From positions 88,280 through 152,279 of the forward strand of contig JAZSRC010000016.1 in assembly GCA_045538305.1 (NCBI GenBank): a stretch of 64,000 nt of DNA, in the 5' to 3' direction. A model generated the notes under the pieces. It was not told where the DNA came from. It saw only the letters and a program-made list of their open reading frames with translations, and searched no databases. The DNA is from Clostridia bacterium. Its GTDB lineage: Bacteria; Bacillota; Clostridia; Christensenellales; Aristaeellaceae. Shown here one piece after another: positions 27,391 through 36,391 of this stretch. The first letter of the stretch is position 1. Each line of letters begins with the position of its first letter. The position numbers and the translations under genes are program-made.

Positions 27391-28575
27391 ATGGCTTCCA
27401 TTGCAATTCTCGAAAGAAAGTGTACGCTGTGCGGCAAATGCGAAAGCGCATGCCCCTTCGGCGCAATCGAGCTTACAAACAATAAGCCTGAGATCAACGC
27501 TGCCTGCCGCGTGTGCGGCGTTTGCATCAAGGTATGCGAGCAGAAAGCGATTATCAAGCTTGAAACCAGGGTAAAAACCGTAGATAAGTCCAAATGGAAC
27601 GGCATTATGGTATTTGCCGAGGTTACCGGCGGAAAAATGCATCCGGTTTCCATTGAGCTTCTCGGTAAGGCGCAGGAGCTGAAGGGAAATACAAACCATG
27701 CGATTACCGCCGTTCTGATCGGCGATAAGGTGCGCGCGCACGCGCAGGAGCTTCGCCATTTCGGCGCAGAAAACATACTGGTATACGAGGATAGCGAACT
27801 GTCCTATTTCCGCGCAGACGCCTTTGCGGATCAGATGGCGGACGCCATCCGGTATATAAAGCCGTCTGTAGTTCTGGTCGGTGCAACGGCTCTGGGGCGT
27901 TCTCTTGCGCCTCGCCTGGCCACCCGCTTTCATACAGGCCTGACGGCGGACTGCACCAAGCTGGAAATGCGCGAAAACAGCGATCTGGTTCAGATTCGCC
28001 CTGCATTTGGCGGAAATATCATGGCGCAGATTATTACCACAAACACGCGTCCGCAGTTTGCCACCGTGCGCTATAAGGTCATGAACGCACCCGTAAGAAG
28101 CGCCGAACCAAAAGGCACGATTATCGAGCGCAAAACGGCAAAAATCACTTCGCCCTCGCGGTTTGTATCGCAAACGCCCGTTCAGAAAAGCGCAAATATC
28201 TCGGATGCCGAAATCATCGTAGCCGCCGGACGCGCCATCCGCAAGGAATCGGATCTCAACATGATCCGCGAGCTTGCTTCCCTTCTCGGCGGTGAATGGG
28301 CTACGTCGCGTCCCCTGGTCGAAAAAGGCTGGAATACAAACCTGCGCCAGATCGGTCTTTCCGGCCGTACGGTCAAGCCAAGGCTGCTGATTGCCTGCGG
28401 CATCAGCGGCGCAATTCAGTTTACCGCCAGCATGAAGGATTCCGACCACATCATCGCCATAAACTCCGACCCCGAAGCCCCGATTTTTGCATCGGCACAT
28501 GTGGGCATTGTGGGCGATATATATGAAATCATTCCCGAGCTCATCAGAAGAATCAAGGAGGCGCGCGGAATATGA
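27391..28575 (+). CDS. etfA: electron transfer flavoprotein alpha subunit with N-terminal 2x[4Fe-4S] ferredoxin domain (LctC-like)
   Basis: Two CxxCxxCxxxC(P) motifs at the N-terminus, followed by the EtfA FAD-binding domain. Confidence 0.85.
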   Translation: MASIAILERKCTLCGKCESACPFGAIELTNNKPEINAACRVCGVCIKVCEQKAIIKLETRVKTVDKSKWNGIMVFAEVTGGKMHPVSIELLGKAQELKGNTNHAITAVLIGDKVRAHAQELRHFGAENILVYEDSELSYFRADAFADQMADAIRYIKPSVVLVGATALGRSLAPRLATRFHTGLTADCTKLEMRENSDLVQIRPAFGGNIMAQIITTNTRPQFATVRYKVMNAPVRSAEPKGTIIERKTAKITSPSRFVSQTPVQKSANISDAEIIVAAGRAIRKESDLNMIRELASLLGGEWATSRPLVEKGWNTNLRQIGLSGRTVKPRLLIACGISGAIQFTASMKDSDHIIAINSDPEAPIFASAHVGIVGDIYEIIPELIRRIKEARGI

Positions 28576-29966
28576 AATTCAATAAAGTAACGCAAAGCGA
28601 CATTTCCGCGTTCATTGATATTGCGGGGAAGGATCGCGTGTTTACCGGCGAAAGCATTTCCGAGGACTATGCCCGCGATGAAATGACAGAATACGGCCTG
28701 TTCATGCCGGAAGCGGTCATTCAGGCGGAAACCACCGAGGAAATCAGCCGCATACTTCGATACTGTAACGAGCATCTGATTCCGGTCACCCCGCGCGGCG
28801 CGGGAACAGGCCTTTGCGGCGGATGCGTAGCCAAGCACGGCGGCATCGTGCTTTCCACGGAGAGAATGAAAAAGCTGATCGAGCTGGATCCCGTTAACAT
28901 GACGGCAACCGTTCAGCCCGGTTTGCTGCTGATGGAGTTTTCAAAGATGCTGGAGGGCAGCGGGCTGTTCTATCCGCCGGATCCCGGCGAAAAAAGCGCA
29001 ACCCTCGGCGGAAACGTAATGACAAACGCCGGCGGCATGCGCGCTGTGCGCTTCGGCGTTACGCGCGATTACGTGCTGGGCATGAAATTTGTGTTGGCGT
29101 CGGGCGAGGTTCTGACGCTTGGCGGAAAAACCGTAAAAACCTCCAGCGGCTATAACCTCATTCATCTGATCTGCGGAAGCGAGGGCACACTGGGCTTCTT
29201 ATCCGAAATCACGCTCAAACTGATTGCAGAGCCCAAGGCAAATGTCAGCCTGCTGGCGCCGTTTGACAGTCTGGAAAAATGCGTGGAAGCCGTTTCTCCG
29301 GTGCTTTCCGGCACACAGCCCACGGCGGTGGAATTCATGGAGCGCGAGGTTATTGAAGACAGCGAAAAATACCTCGGAAAGCAATTCCCCGACAAGAGTG
29401 CAAACGCATATTTGCTGGTGCGCCTGGACGGTGCGGACCTGAACGCGCTTTCACCTGCCGTAGACGCGCTGACCGATATTCTTCTGGAAGCCGGCGCAAA
29501 CGATGTGCTGCTTGCAGATACGGACGAGCGCAAAACCTCCATCTGGGACGCGCGCGGCGCATTTTTGGAAGCCATCAAGGGCGGCACGAAGTCCATGGAC
29601 GAGTGTGACGTAGTTGTTCCCCGAAACTCAATTGCCGCGTTTGTTCTGGAAAGCCAGCGCTTAAGCAAACTGTACGGCCTTCGCGTGCGCTCCTTCGGCC
29701 ACGCAGGCGATGGAAATCTTCACATTTATGCCTGTCAGGACGACGTACCCGACGATCTATGGAAGAAAAATGTTGCCGCGCTCATGCAGGGACTGTACGA
29801 CCGAGCCCGTGAGCTTGGCGGACAGATTTCCGGCGAACACGGCGTGGGACATGCCAAACGCGAATTCCTGTTTGAATCCGCCGGTGAAACCCCCATCGCC
29901 ATCATGCGCGGCATCAAATACGCCTTTGATCCAAACGGCATACTGAATCCCGGAAAAATCGTATAA
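28572..29966 (+). CDS. FAD-binding oxidoreductase of the GlcD / D-lactate dehydrogenase family (LctD-like)
   Basis: FAD-binding PCMH domain (RGAGTGLCGG) and FAD-oxidase C-terminal domain. Its start overlaps the etfA stop. Confidence 0.8.
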   Translation: MKFNKVTQSDISAFIDIAGKDRVFTGESISEDYARDEMTEYGLFMPEAVIQAETTEEISRILRYCNEHLIPVTPRGAGTGLCGGCVAKHGGIVLSTERMKKLIELDPVNMTATVQPGLLLMEFSKMLEGSGLFYPPDPGEKSATLGGNVMTNAGGMRAVRFGVTRDYVLGMKFVLASGEVLTLGGKTVKTSSGYNLIHLICGSEGTLGFLSEITLKLIAEPKANVSLLAPFDSLEKCVEAVSPVLSGTQPTAVEFMEREVIEDSEKYLGKQFPDKSANAYLLVRLDGADLNALSPAVDALTDILLEAGANDVLLADTDERKTSIWDARGAFLEAIKGGTKSMDECDVVVPRNSIAAFVLESQRLSKLYGLRVRSFGHAGDGNLHIYACQDDVPDDLWKKNVAALMQGLYDRARELGGQISGEHGVGHAKREFLFESAGETPIAIMRGIKYAFDPNGILNPGKIV

Positions 29967-30012
29967 AAAACAGCGCTTATCCGGAAACGTGCGGATAAGC
30001 GCTGTTTTTATA
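29963..30012. terminator. bidirectional terminator between convergent genes
   Basis: AAAAAACAGCGCTTATCCG..CGGATAAGCGCTGTTTTT. Confidence 0.6.
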
Positions 30013-30017
30013 TACGC

Positions 30018-31154
30018 CTATTTAAAATAGGCAAGCACAACCGAAAGCGCGGATTTAAGGCCCGTAGTGAGCGAAGCAATATTGATCCACTCCTCACGCG
30101 TATGCTCTTTGCCGCCCTCCACCGCACCGATGGTAACTGCGGGAACGCCGATGGCAAGCGCGCTGTTTGCGTCGGTCGAACCGGATCTGAACGCAATCTC
30201 CTCCCCGGTCCAGTGCTTGAGAATTCCGGCCATGCGCGAAGACAAATCCTCCAGCGCGTTTTCATCCACATCGCCCGTGCAGGGACGCACACCAAGAACC
30301 TCTACAGATATATCCAGACCCTCCTGCTTCAGGTTCTGAATCGTCTGATCAAAAAACTCGCTCATTTCCTGCAGGCACTCCCTGTCCTCAGAGCGATATT
30401 CGTACAGTATCGAGCATCTGTCACAAATGGTATTAACCGTCGTTCCTCCCTCGATCACGCCAACATTATAGGTGGTTTTTGCCTTCGTAGGAGGCGTTTT
30501 TTCATACAGCTTTTGAATCACCCTAGCCATGTGCACAATGGCATTGGTGTTTCCGTACGCACCGTAGGAATGCCCGCCCTCTGCGCGGACGGTTATCTTC
30601 ATACGCACGCTGCCTACCGCCTTATTGACCACGTGCTTCATATCTCCGTCGATCGAAATCAATTCACGGACGCGCTCGCTGTAGTCCTCCATAATCCGTT
30701 TGCTGCCCTTGAGGTTACCAAGCCCCTCCTCGCCGGCGTTGGCAACGATCAATACGCCGATTTCCGGCTTTTTACCGCAATGAATCGCGTATTTTGCCGC
30801 CATCATCAGAGCGACAAGGTTGGCAGTGTCATCCCCGATGCCCGGAGCGTACATGCGCCCGCCTTCCTCGCGAATGACAAAATCTTCGGTATCCGGAAAA
30901 ACAATATCCGTATGCGCCATGATTACGGCCACGGGATTATGTTCGGTAACGCCAAGCGGCAAAACGACGTTCAGCGCCTCATCCACATATACATTCTTCG
31001 CGCCCTGAACGTTCAGCCAGCTTTTGACAAACTCCGCGCGCCTTTCCTCATGAAGCGACGGCGCGGGAATTCTGCCCAGCGATCTTAACAGCATAATCGC
31101 TTCATCCGCTTGCGCTTCGCACCAGAGTTCCTGTTCCTTCGTTAAATACGCCAT
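30018..31154 (-). CDS. M20 family metallopeptidase (ArgE/DapE/peptidase T-like)
   Basis: M20 motifs (HTDIV, GIGDD, EEGLG). RBS AGGGG lies before the ATG at 31154. Confidence 0.78.
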   Translation of the reverse strand: MAYLTKEQELWCEAQADEAIMLLRSLGRIPAPSLHEERRAEFVKSWLNVQGAKNVYVDEALNVVLPLGVTEHNPVAVIMAHTDIVFPDTEDFVIREEGGRMYAPGIGDDTANLVALMMAAKYAIHCGKKPEIGVLIVANAGEEGLGNLKGSKRIMEDYSERVRELISIDGDMKHVVNKAVGSVRMKITVRAEGGHSYGAYGNTNAIVHMARVIQKLYEKTPPTKAKTTYNVGVIEGGTTVNTICDRCSILYEYRSEDRECLQEMSEFFDQTIQNLKQEGLDISVEVLGVRPCTGDVDENALEDLSSRMAGILKHWTGEEIAFRSGSTDANSALAIGVPAVTIGAVEGGKEHTREEWINIASLTTGLKSALSVVLAYFK

Positions 31155-31289
31155 CTTTTTCGCCCCTTTCCATAGGGGTATGATAGACCAAACCACCCTG
31201 TATGTCAAGAATGGATTATCGAAATCCATGAAAAACCGAATAAAAAACGAAGGCTGGCATTTCTGCTCGGCCTTCGTCGGTTCAAAGGA

Positions 31290-32711
31290 TTATTCGGCTT
31301 TTGCTTCCGCTTCGTCCGCCTTTACGATTTCTTCCGCCGCGCGTCCTACAAGACCGCCGGTGGTTACGTCCCTGAGCATCTTGGGGATATCAATGCCCAG
31401 CGCGCCCTTCATAGCTTCAAAGGACTGCATCATAGAGCCCGTCACATCGCGGGTCAGGCCGGTTGCAGCGCCTTCGCCGAACATGAGGATCTTCTCCGTC
31501 TGCGCAAGGGGCTTACCGATCGCCTCTGCAACCTCAGGCAGCTTGTTGACAACCATTTCGAGGATGGCGGCTTCGCCGTATTTCTGCATGGCGAGCGCTT
31601 TCATCTCGATGGACTGTGCTTCTGCGCGGCCCTTCATCAGGATGGCTTCGGCTTCCTTCTCGGCTGCGTAGAATTCCGCATCCGCCTGCGCCTGCAGCTC
31701 AGCCTTTTCAGCTTCCGCCTGCGCGATACGCGCATCGCGTTCTGCCTCCGCCTTTTCGCGGATTTCTACGTTCAGCTTCTGCCTCTGGATTTCAACCTGC
31801 TGGCGCTCCAGCTCGGTCTGTTTCTGGAGGCGGATCATTTCTGCCTGCGCTCTCTCTTCTTCAAAGCTGCGTCTTGCGACCTCCTGCTGTACCTTGTACG
31901 CCATATCGGCATCGGCACGGGCACGGTCGGCCTGAATCTTGTATTCGGCCTGCTTCAATTCCAGCTCCTTGGTCTGCTCGGCAATCAGGGTATCGGCCTC
32001 CATCTTGGCCTTGTGGCCCTGCTGTTCAGCCTCGGACTTGGCGATCTGAGCGTCTCTTTCCTTCTCAACGATGTTCTTGGTAGCCATGGTTTCTACCACG
32101 CCGTCCTTATCGGAGAAGTTCTGGATGGTGATGTTGATGATTTCAAGGCCCATGTTCGCCATGTCGGCAGTTGCAGCGCGGCTGGTCTCGGTGGCGAACT
32201 TATCGCGGTTCTGAACCAGATCGGCAATGCTCATGCGGCCGATGATTTCGCGCATGTTACCTTCCAGAACCTGCTGGGCGATTGCGGCGATTTCCTGGGG
32301 CTTCCAGTTCAGGAACTGCTCGGCGGCGGTTGCAATGGAAACGTCGTCCGAACCGATCTTGATGTTGGCTACGCCGTCAACCATAACGGAAATGTATTCC
32401 TGAGAGGGCACAGGCTGAGTGGTGCGGATATCCACCTGCATGATGCCGAGGTTCAGCTTATCAACTCTTTCAAAAAACGGGATTACCATCGTCGCGCCGC
32501 CGCGAACAATGCGGTAACCAAACTTTTTCACGACAACCTTACCGTCTGCATCCTTCACCTTGTAGCGACGGCGCACACAGCCGGAAATAACGAGCGCAAT
32601 GTTTGGCGGTACCTTGCGGTAATTGGCAAGCAGTAAAAACAGCACTACAGCGGCTGCGATAATGATTGCCAGCCAGGTCGGGTTTTTGAGAATCGCAATA
32701 ACCTTATCCAT
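31290..32711 (-). CDS. floT: flotillin-like SPFH/band-7 protein (FloT/YuaG-like)
   Basis: N-terminal TM, SPFH domain and a long EA-rich coiled-coil (flotillin) region. RBS GAGGAGGG lies before the ATG at 32711. Confidence 0.82.
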   Translation of the reverse strand: MDKVIAILKNPTWLAIIIAAAVVLFLLLANYRKVPPNIALVISGCVRRRYKVKDADGKVVVKKFGYRIVRGGATMVIPFFERVDKLNLGIMQVDIRTTQPVPSQEYISVMVDGVANIKIGSDDVSIATAAEQFLNWKPQEIAAIAQQVLEGNMREIIGRMSIADLVQNRDKFATETSRAATADMANMGLEIINITIQNFSDKDGVVETMATKNIVEKERDAQIAKSEAEQQGHKAKMEADTLIAEQTKELELKQAEYKIQADRARADADMAYKVQQEVARRSFEEERAQAEMIRLQKQTELERQQVEIQRQKLNVEIREKAEAERDARIAQAEAEKAELQAQADAEFYAAEKEAEAILMKGRAEAQSIEMKALAMQKYGEAAILEMVVNKLPEVAEAIGKPLAQTEKILMFGEGAATGLTRDVTGSMMQSFEAMKGALGIDIPKMLRDVTTGGLVGRAAEEIVKADEAEAKAE

Positions 32712-32856
32712 TTTTTCCCTCCTCATTCGTTTGTCTATATTTTAGCACCCGGATGCCTGAATGTCAACGCAATGCTGCCATATTAGACGATTGTGTGTCT
32801 CAAACATACAAAATCGCCCCCGGAATATCATCCGAAGGGCGAAATCCTATATGGTG

Positions 32857-34527
32857 CTACTGTTTCTTCTGCGATTGAACGGCGGGACGCCTGTTCTGAA
32901 CGCCGGCAACTGATGAGGGCGTACGCTTTACAGGCCGCATCTGTCCCTGAGACGCGCCTCCCTGCACAGGCGGACGCTTGGCAGGCGTTTTTGCCGACGG
33001 TACCCTTGCTGCTGCGGATTTTGCATTCCGCATTTCCGGATGGGCCTTCAGGTATGCTTCGCGTTGCTTCTGCCGCTTGATGTATTCCCTGCGCTTTCTT
33101 TCCAGCTGCTGCCTGCGCAGGCGATTGCGCCGCCTGACCTTGCGGACGCGCATGACAATCAAAACGATGATGACTGCAAACAGCGCCCAATACAGTATTC
33201 GAACCGGCGGATTATGTCTGGGCATCAGCTTAAAGAGGAACGGCGCGTTATTCTCAATCCATTCGTCCATTACCTCGTCAATGGTAGGCGGCTCCTCCTC
33301 GACATCGCGGGAAGCTGCAACATAGCCGGTATAGATTTCGCCGGCGGGCGTTTTAAACTGCGCGCTTCCAAGCACGTCGCCGGCTTTGATCGGCGCAACA
33401 AGCGCATTTTCATCCAGAACCACGGATATGCGGTTGGTAAAATCCTCCACCAGTTGCTTCTGGTAGTACAGATCCTCAAGGTCATCCACCAGGAACCACT
33501 CGCGATAGGTTTGGGGCATATCGACAATGCTGAGCTTCAGATATCCGTTATTCGGATCGCTGTATGCGGCGTTATCCACCGCAACCGACAGGTACTGATC
33601 CTCGCACATCTCGTAAATCTCATAGAAAGACAGCGCCTGATATCTGGAAAACCCGTATTTGAAAAGGCGGATGGTGTCGGTAAATGCCTCCACATATTGT
33701 TTATCGTCGCTGTCCGTATTCAGCGTTACGGAGATCAGTGTGGTATCGTCCTTTTTTGCTGCGCCGACAAAGCAGCGGCCCGCATTTTTGGTAGAGCCGG
33801 TCTTTACACCGATACAGTATTCATAATAAAGGGGCTTGTTAGATATAAGCAGATCGTATTTGGTGGTCAAGCTCAGTCCTTCCGGGTGAGCGTTCGTGGG
33901 ATCAATCACATAATCCACACACGCGACGATATCCCGAAACATGGGTTCCTTCATCGCATACTGCGTGAGGATAGCAAGATCATAGGCCGTCGTACAATGG
34001 TTTGCCGAATGATATCCGTGCGAATTCTCATAATGCGTGGAATTCATGCCGAGCGATGCCGCCGTTTTATTCATAAGCTCGACAAACTTTGCCTCGCTGC
34101 CGCTGACCAATATGGCAATGGCAAGCGCCGCATCGTTACCGGAAGCCAGCATCATGCCATAGAGAAGATCGTCAAACAGCATGACCTCGCCCGGTACGAT
34201 ACCGAGCTTGGAGGAATCATTGGATACGGTAATTCCGTTGGGTATGGTTACCCTTTGTCCCACAGGACCGTATTCAATTGCCAGAATACAGGTCATAATC
34301 TTTGTGGTGCTGGCGGGATAACGCCGTTCATATGCATTTTTCTCAAACAGAATTCTGCCGCTGGAGGCGTCCATCACAAGACAACTGTCTCCATACAAAT
34401 GTCCCGCCTCCAAAAGTTCGGGCATAGACGTGGAATAGTCCGCAGGCGTTGCGGCAACTGCAGACAAATTCAGCACAAACAGGCAAATAAAAAGCCATAT
34501 AAAAGCGTTGCGTGCAGAAAAATGCAT
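32857..34527 (-). CDS. dacA: D-alanyl-D-alanine carboxypeptidase (PBP5 family) with C-terminal TM anchor and about 110 aa highly basic tail
   Basis: Signal peptide, SxxK (ASTTKIM), SxN and KTG motifs, then a TM segment and an R/K/Q-rich C-terminus. Confidence 0.82.
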   Translation of the reverse strand: MHFSARNAFIWLFICLFVLNLSAVAATPADYSTSMPELLEAGHLYGDSCLVMDASSGRILFEKNAYERRYPASTTKIMTCILAIEYGPVGQRVTIPNGITVSNDSSKLGIVPGEVMLFDDLLYGMMLASGNDAALAIAILVSGSEAKFVELMNKTAASLGMNSTHYENSHGYHSANHCTTAYDLAILTQYAMKEPMFRDIVACVDYVIDPTNAHPEGLSLTTKYDLLISNKPLYYEYCIGVKTGSTKNAGRCFVGAAKKDDTTLISVTLNTDSDDKQYVEAFTDTIRLFKYGFSRYQALSFYEIYEMCEDQYLSVAVDNAAYSDPNNGYLKLSIVDMPQTYREWFLVDDLEDLYYQKQLVEDFTNRISVVLDENALVAPIKAGDVLGSAQFKTPAGEIYTGYVAASRDVEEEPPTIDEVMDEWIENNAPFLFKLMPRHNPPVRILYWALFAVIIVLIVMRVRKVRRRNRLRRQQLERKRREYIKRQKQREAYLKAHPEMRNAKSAAARVPSAKTPAKRPPVQGGASQGQMRPVKRTPSSVAGVQNRRPAVQSQKKQ

Positions 34528-34616
34528 AGTTTCCTCCGGATCGGCGATAAAATCGAATATATTTTATCACGTACAGACACTTTTGTACATAAATTATAGG
34601 TGAAAAAACACTCCCA

Positions 34617-35480
34617 TTACGAACCGGCATTTAGTTTCTTGAAACCGTACTGATACAGCGTTTTGGCTTCCGTCCACTTAGGCATTTTTTCCCAGCCGCA
34701 CCTGAGCAAAACAACGATCAGCTCCATATCCTCCTTTACCGCCGCGCCCACATAGCACTGTCCGGCGGCTGCCGTATAGCCGGTTTTGATACCGTATGCA
34801 TACTGGTAGTAGTATGGGGATTCATAGTTGGTAATGGAATAGTTATGCGCAATCTCCAGTTCGCCCCGAAGGGATGTAGGTTGCATGGTATAACGCTCGG
34901 AAAATGTGATTTCACGGAACAGATCGTTTTCAAGCGCATGGCTTGTCAGTATCGCCATATCCCTTGCAGTGGTGTAGTGCCCCGTCTGAGTATATCCGTG
35001 TGCATTCATAAAATGGGTATTGGTCATGCCAAGTTCTTTCGCCTTGTCGTTCATTTCTTTCACAAAGGCTTCAATGCTTCCGCTGACAAGCTCGGCAATG
35101 GCGTTGGCAGCGTCGTTCCCGCTTCTGTAAATCAAGCTGTACCAAAGATCGCGCATCGGCATTTCTTCGCCATAGAACACGGGAACGCGGGATGAATCCA
35201 GCGCAATATCCTGCACGCATTTAGGAATTGTGACAATCTCATTCGGATTTGATTTCTCAATTGCTATTAAAAGTGTCATAATTTTTGTAATACTTGCCGG
35301 AGCAAGGCGTTCGTCCGCTTTTTTTTCAAACAAAACCTCGCCCGTTTTTGCATCAATCAATATGCACGCGGCGGACAAAAGCGTATTCGGATCCAGCGTT
35401 TCAGCCGCCGCAAAAAAAGAGCATAAACAGACCGTCACCGCAAGTAAACATGATAGTAACCTTATCTTCAATTGAATCAC
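34617..35480 (-). CDS. dacB: D-alanyl-D-alanine carboxypeptidase, low-molecular-weight PBP
   Basis: Signal peptide, SxxK (ASITKIM), length 287 aa. Confidence 0.8.
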   Translation of the reverse strand: MIQLKIRLLSCLLAVTVCLCSFFAAAETLDPNTLLSAACILIDAKTGEVLFEKKADERLAPASITKIMTLLIAIEKSNPNEIVTIPKCVQDIALDSSRVPVFYGEEMPMRDLWYSLIYRSGNDAANAIAELVSGSIEAFVKEMNDKAKELGMTNTHFMNAHGYTQTGHYTTARDMAILTSHALENDLFREITFSERYTMQPTSLRGELEIAHNYSITNYESPYYYQYAYGIKTGYTAAAGQCYVGAAVKEDMELIVVLLRCGWEKMPKWTEAKTLYQYGFKKLNAGS

Positions 35481-35600
35481 CTCATAAGATTGGACGCGTG
35501 CGTCCGGAAAAAGTTCTGTCTGTGAAAAATTTCAAGTTTCCATATATAATAGCATAAAAAGTATTTTTTGTACAGCGATATGAAAATTTACATACATCTA

Positions 35601-35629
35601 TTGCAATGAAATAGAAAATCGATTATAAT
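35601..35629 (+). promoter_or_regulatory. sigma-A promoter for the two-component operon (TTGCAA, 17 nt spacer, TATAAT)
   Basis: Hexamers at 35601-35606 and 35624-35629 in an AT-rich divergent region. Confidence 0.5.
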
Positions 35630-35698
35630 ATATGTGACATAGCTTTGCAATACTGAAATTGGCTTTTGGCCTGTGAAATACTGAACGGAGGCAACCTG

Positions 35699-36391
35699 AT
35701 GGCGCACAAGATTTTGATTGTGGACGACGAGCCCTTGATCGTAAAGGGATTAAAATATTCCCTCGAGCAGGATAATTACGAGACCGATTCTGCTCAGGAC
35801 GGCGAAGAGGCGCTGAATAAATTCTTCACCGGCAGATATGATCTGGTGATTCTCGACGTCATGCTTCCGAAGCTCGACGGTATTGAGGTATGCCAGCGCA
35901 TCCGCGAAAAGAGCAGCGTGCCGATCATCATGCTCACCGCTAAGGGCGAAGATATGGACAAAATCCTCGGCCTCGAGTACGGTGCGGATGACTACATGAC
36001 CAAGCCCTTCAACATTCTGGAGGTCAAGGCCCGCATTAAAACCATTTTCCGCCGCACGACAATGATGCAGAAGGAAAGCACGCAGTCTGTGCTGTCCGTG
36101 CGCGATATGCGCATTAATCTCAATAACCGTTCCGTGAACATCGGTTCAAAGGAGATTAACCTGACCGCCAAAGAATTCGATCTTCTTCAGCTGTTTGTTT
36201 CCAACCGCGGCAAGGTATTCAGCCGTGAAAACCTGCTTGAAACCATCTGGAAGTACGATTATCTGGGCGACCTGCGTACGGTAGACGTACACATCCGTCG
36301 TCTGCGTGAAAAGATCGAAAAGAACCCCGCGCAGCCGGAATTCATATTCACCAAATGGGGTGTCGGCTATTATTTCACTGACAAGGATTAA
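35699..36391 (+). CDS. OmpR-family response regulator
   Basis: Receiver domain (ILIVDDEP ... D ... K) plus winged-helix trans_reg_C domain. RBS GGAGG lies before the ATG at 35699. Confidence 0.9.
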   Translation: MAHKILIVDDEPLIVKGLKYSLEQDNYETDSAQDGEEALNKFFTGRYDLVILDVMLPKLDGIEVCQRIREKSSVPIIMLTAKGEDMDKILGLEYGADDYMTKPFNILEVKARIKTIFRRTTMMQKESTQSVLSVRDMRINLNNRSVNIGSKEINLTAKEFDLLQLFVSNRGKVFSRENLLETIWKYDYLGDLRTVDVHIRRLREKIEKNPAQPEFIFTKWGVGYYFTDKD

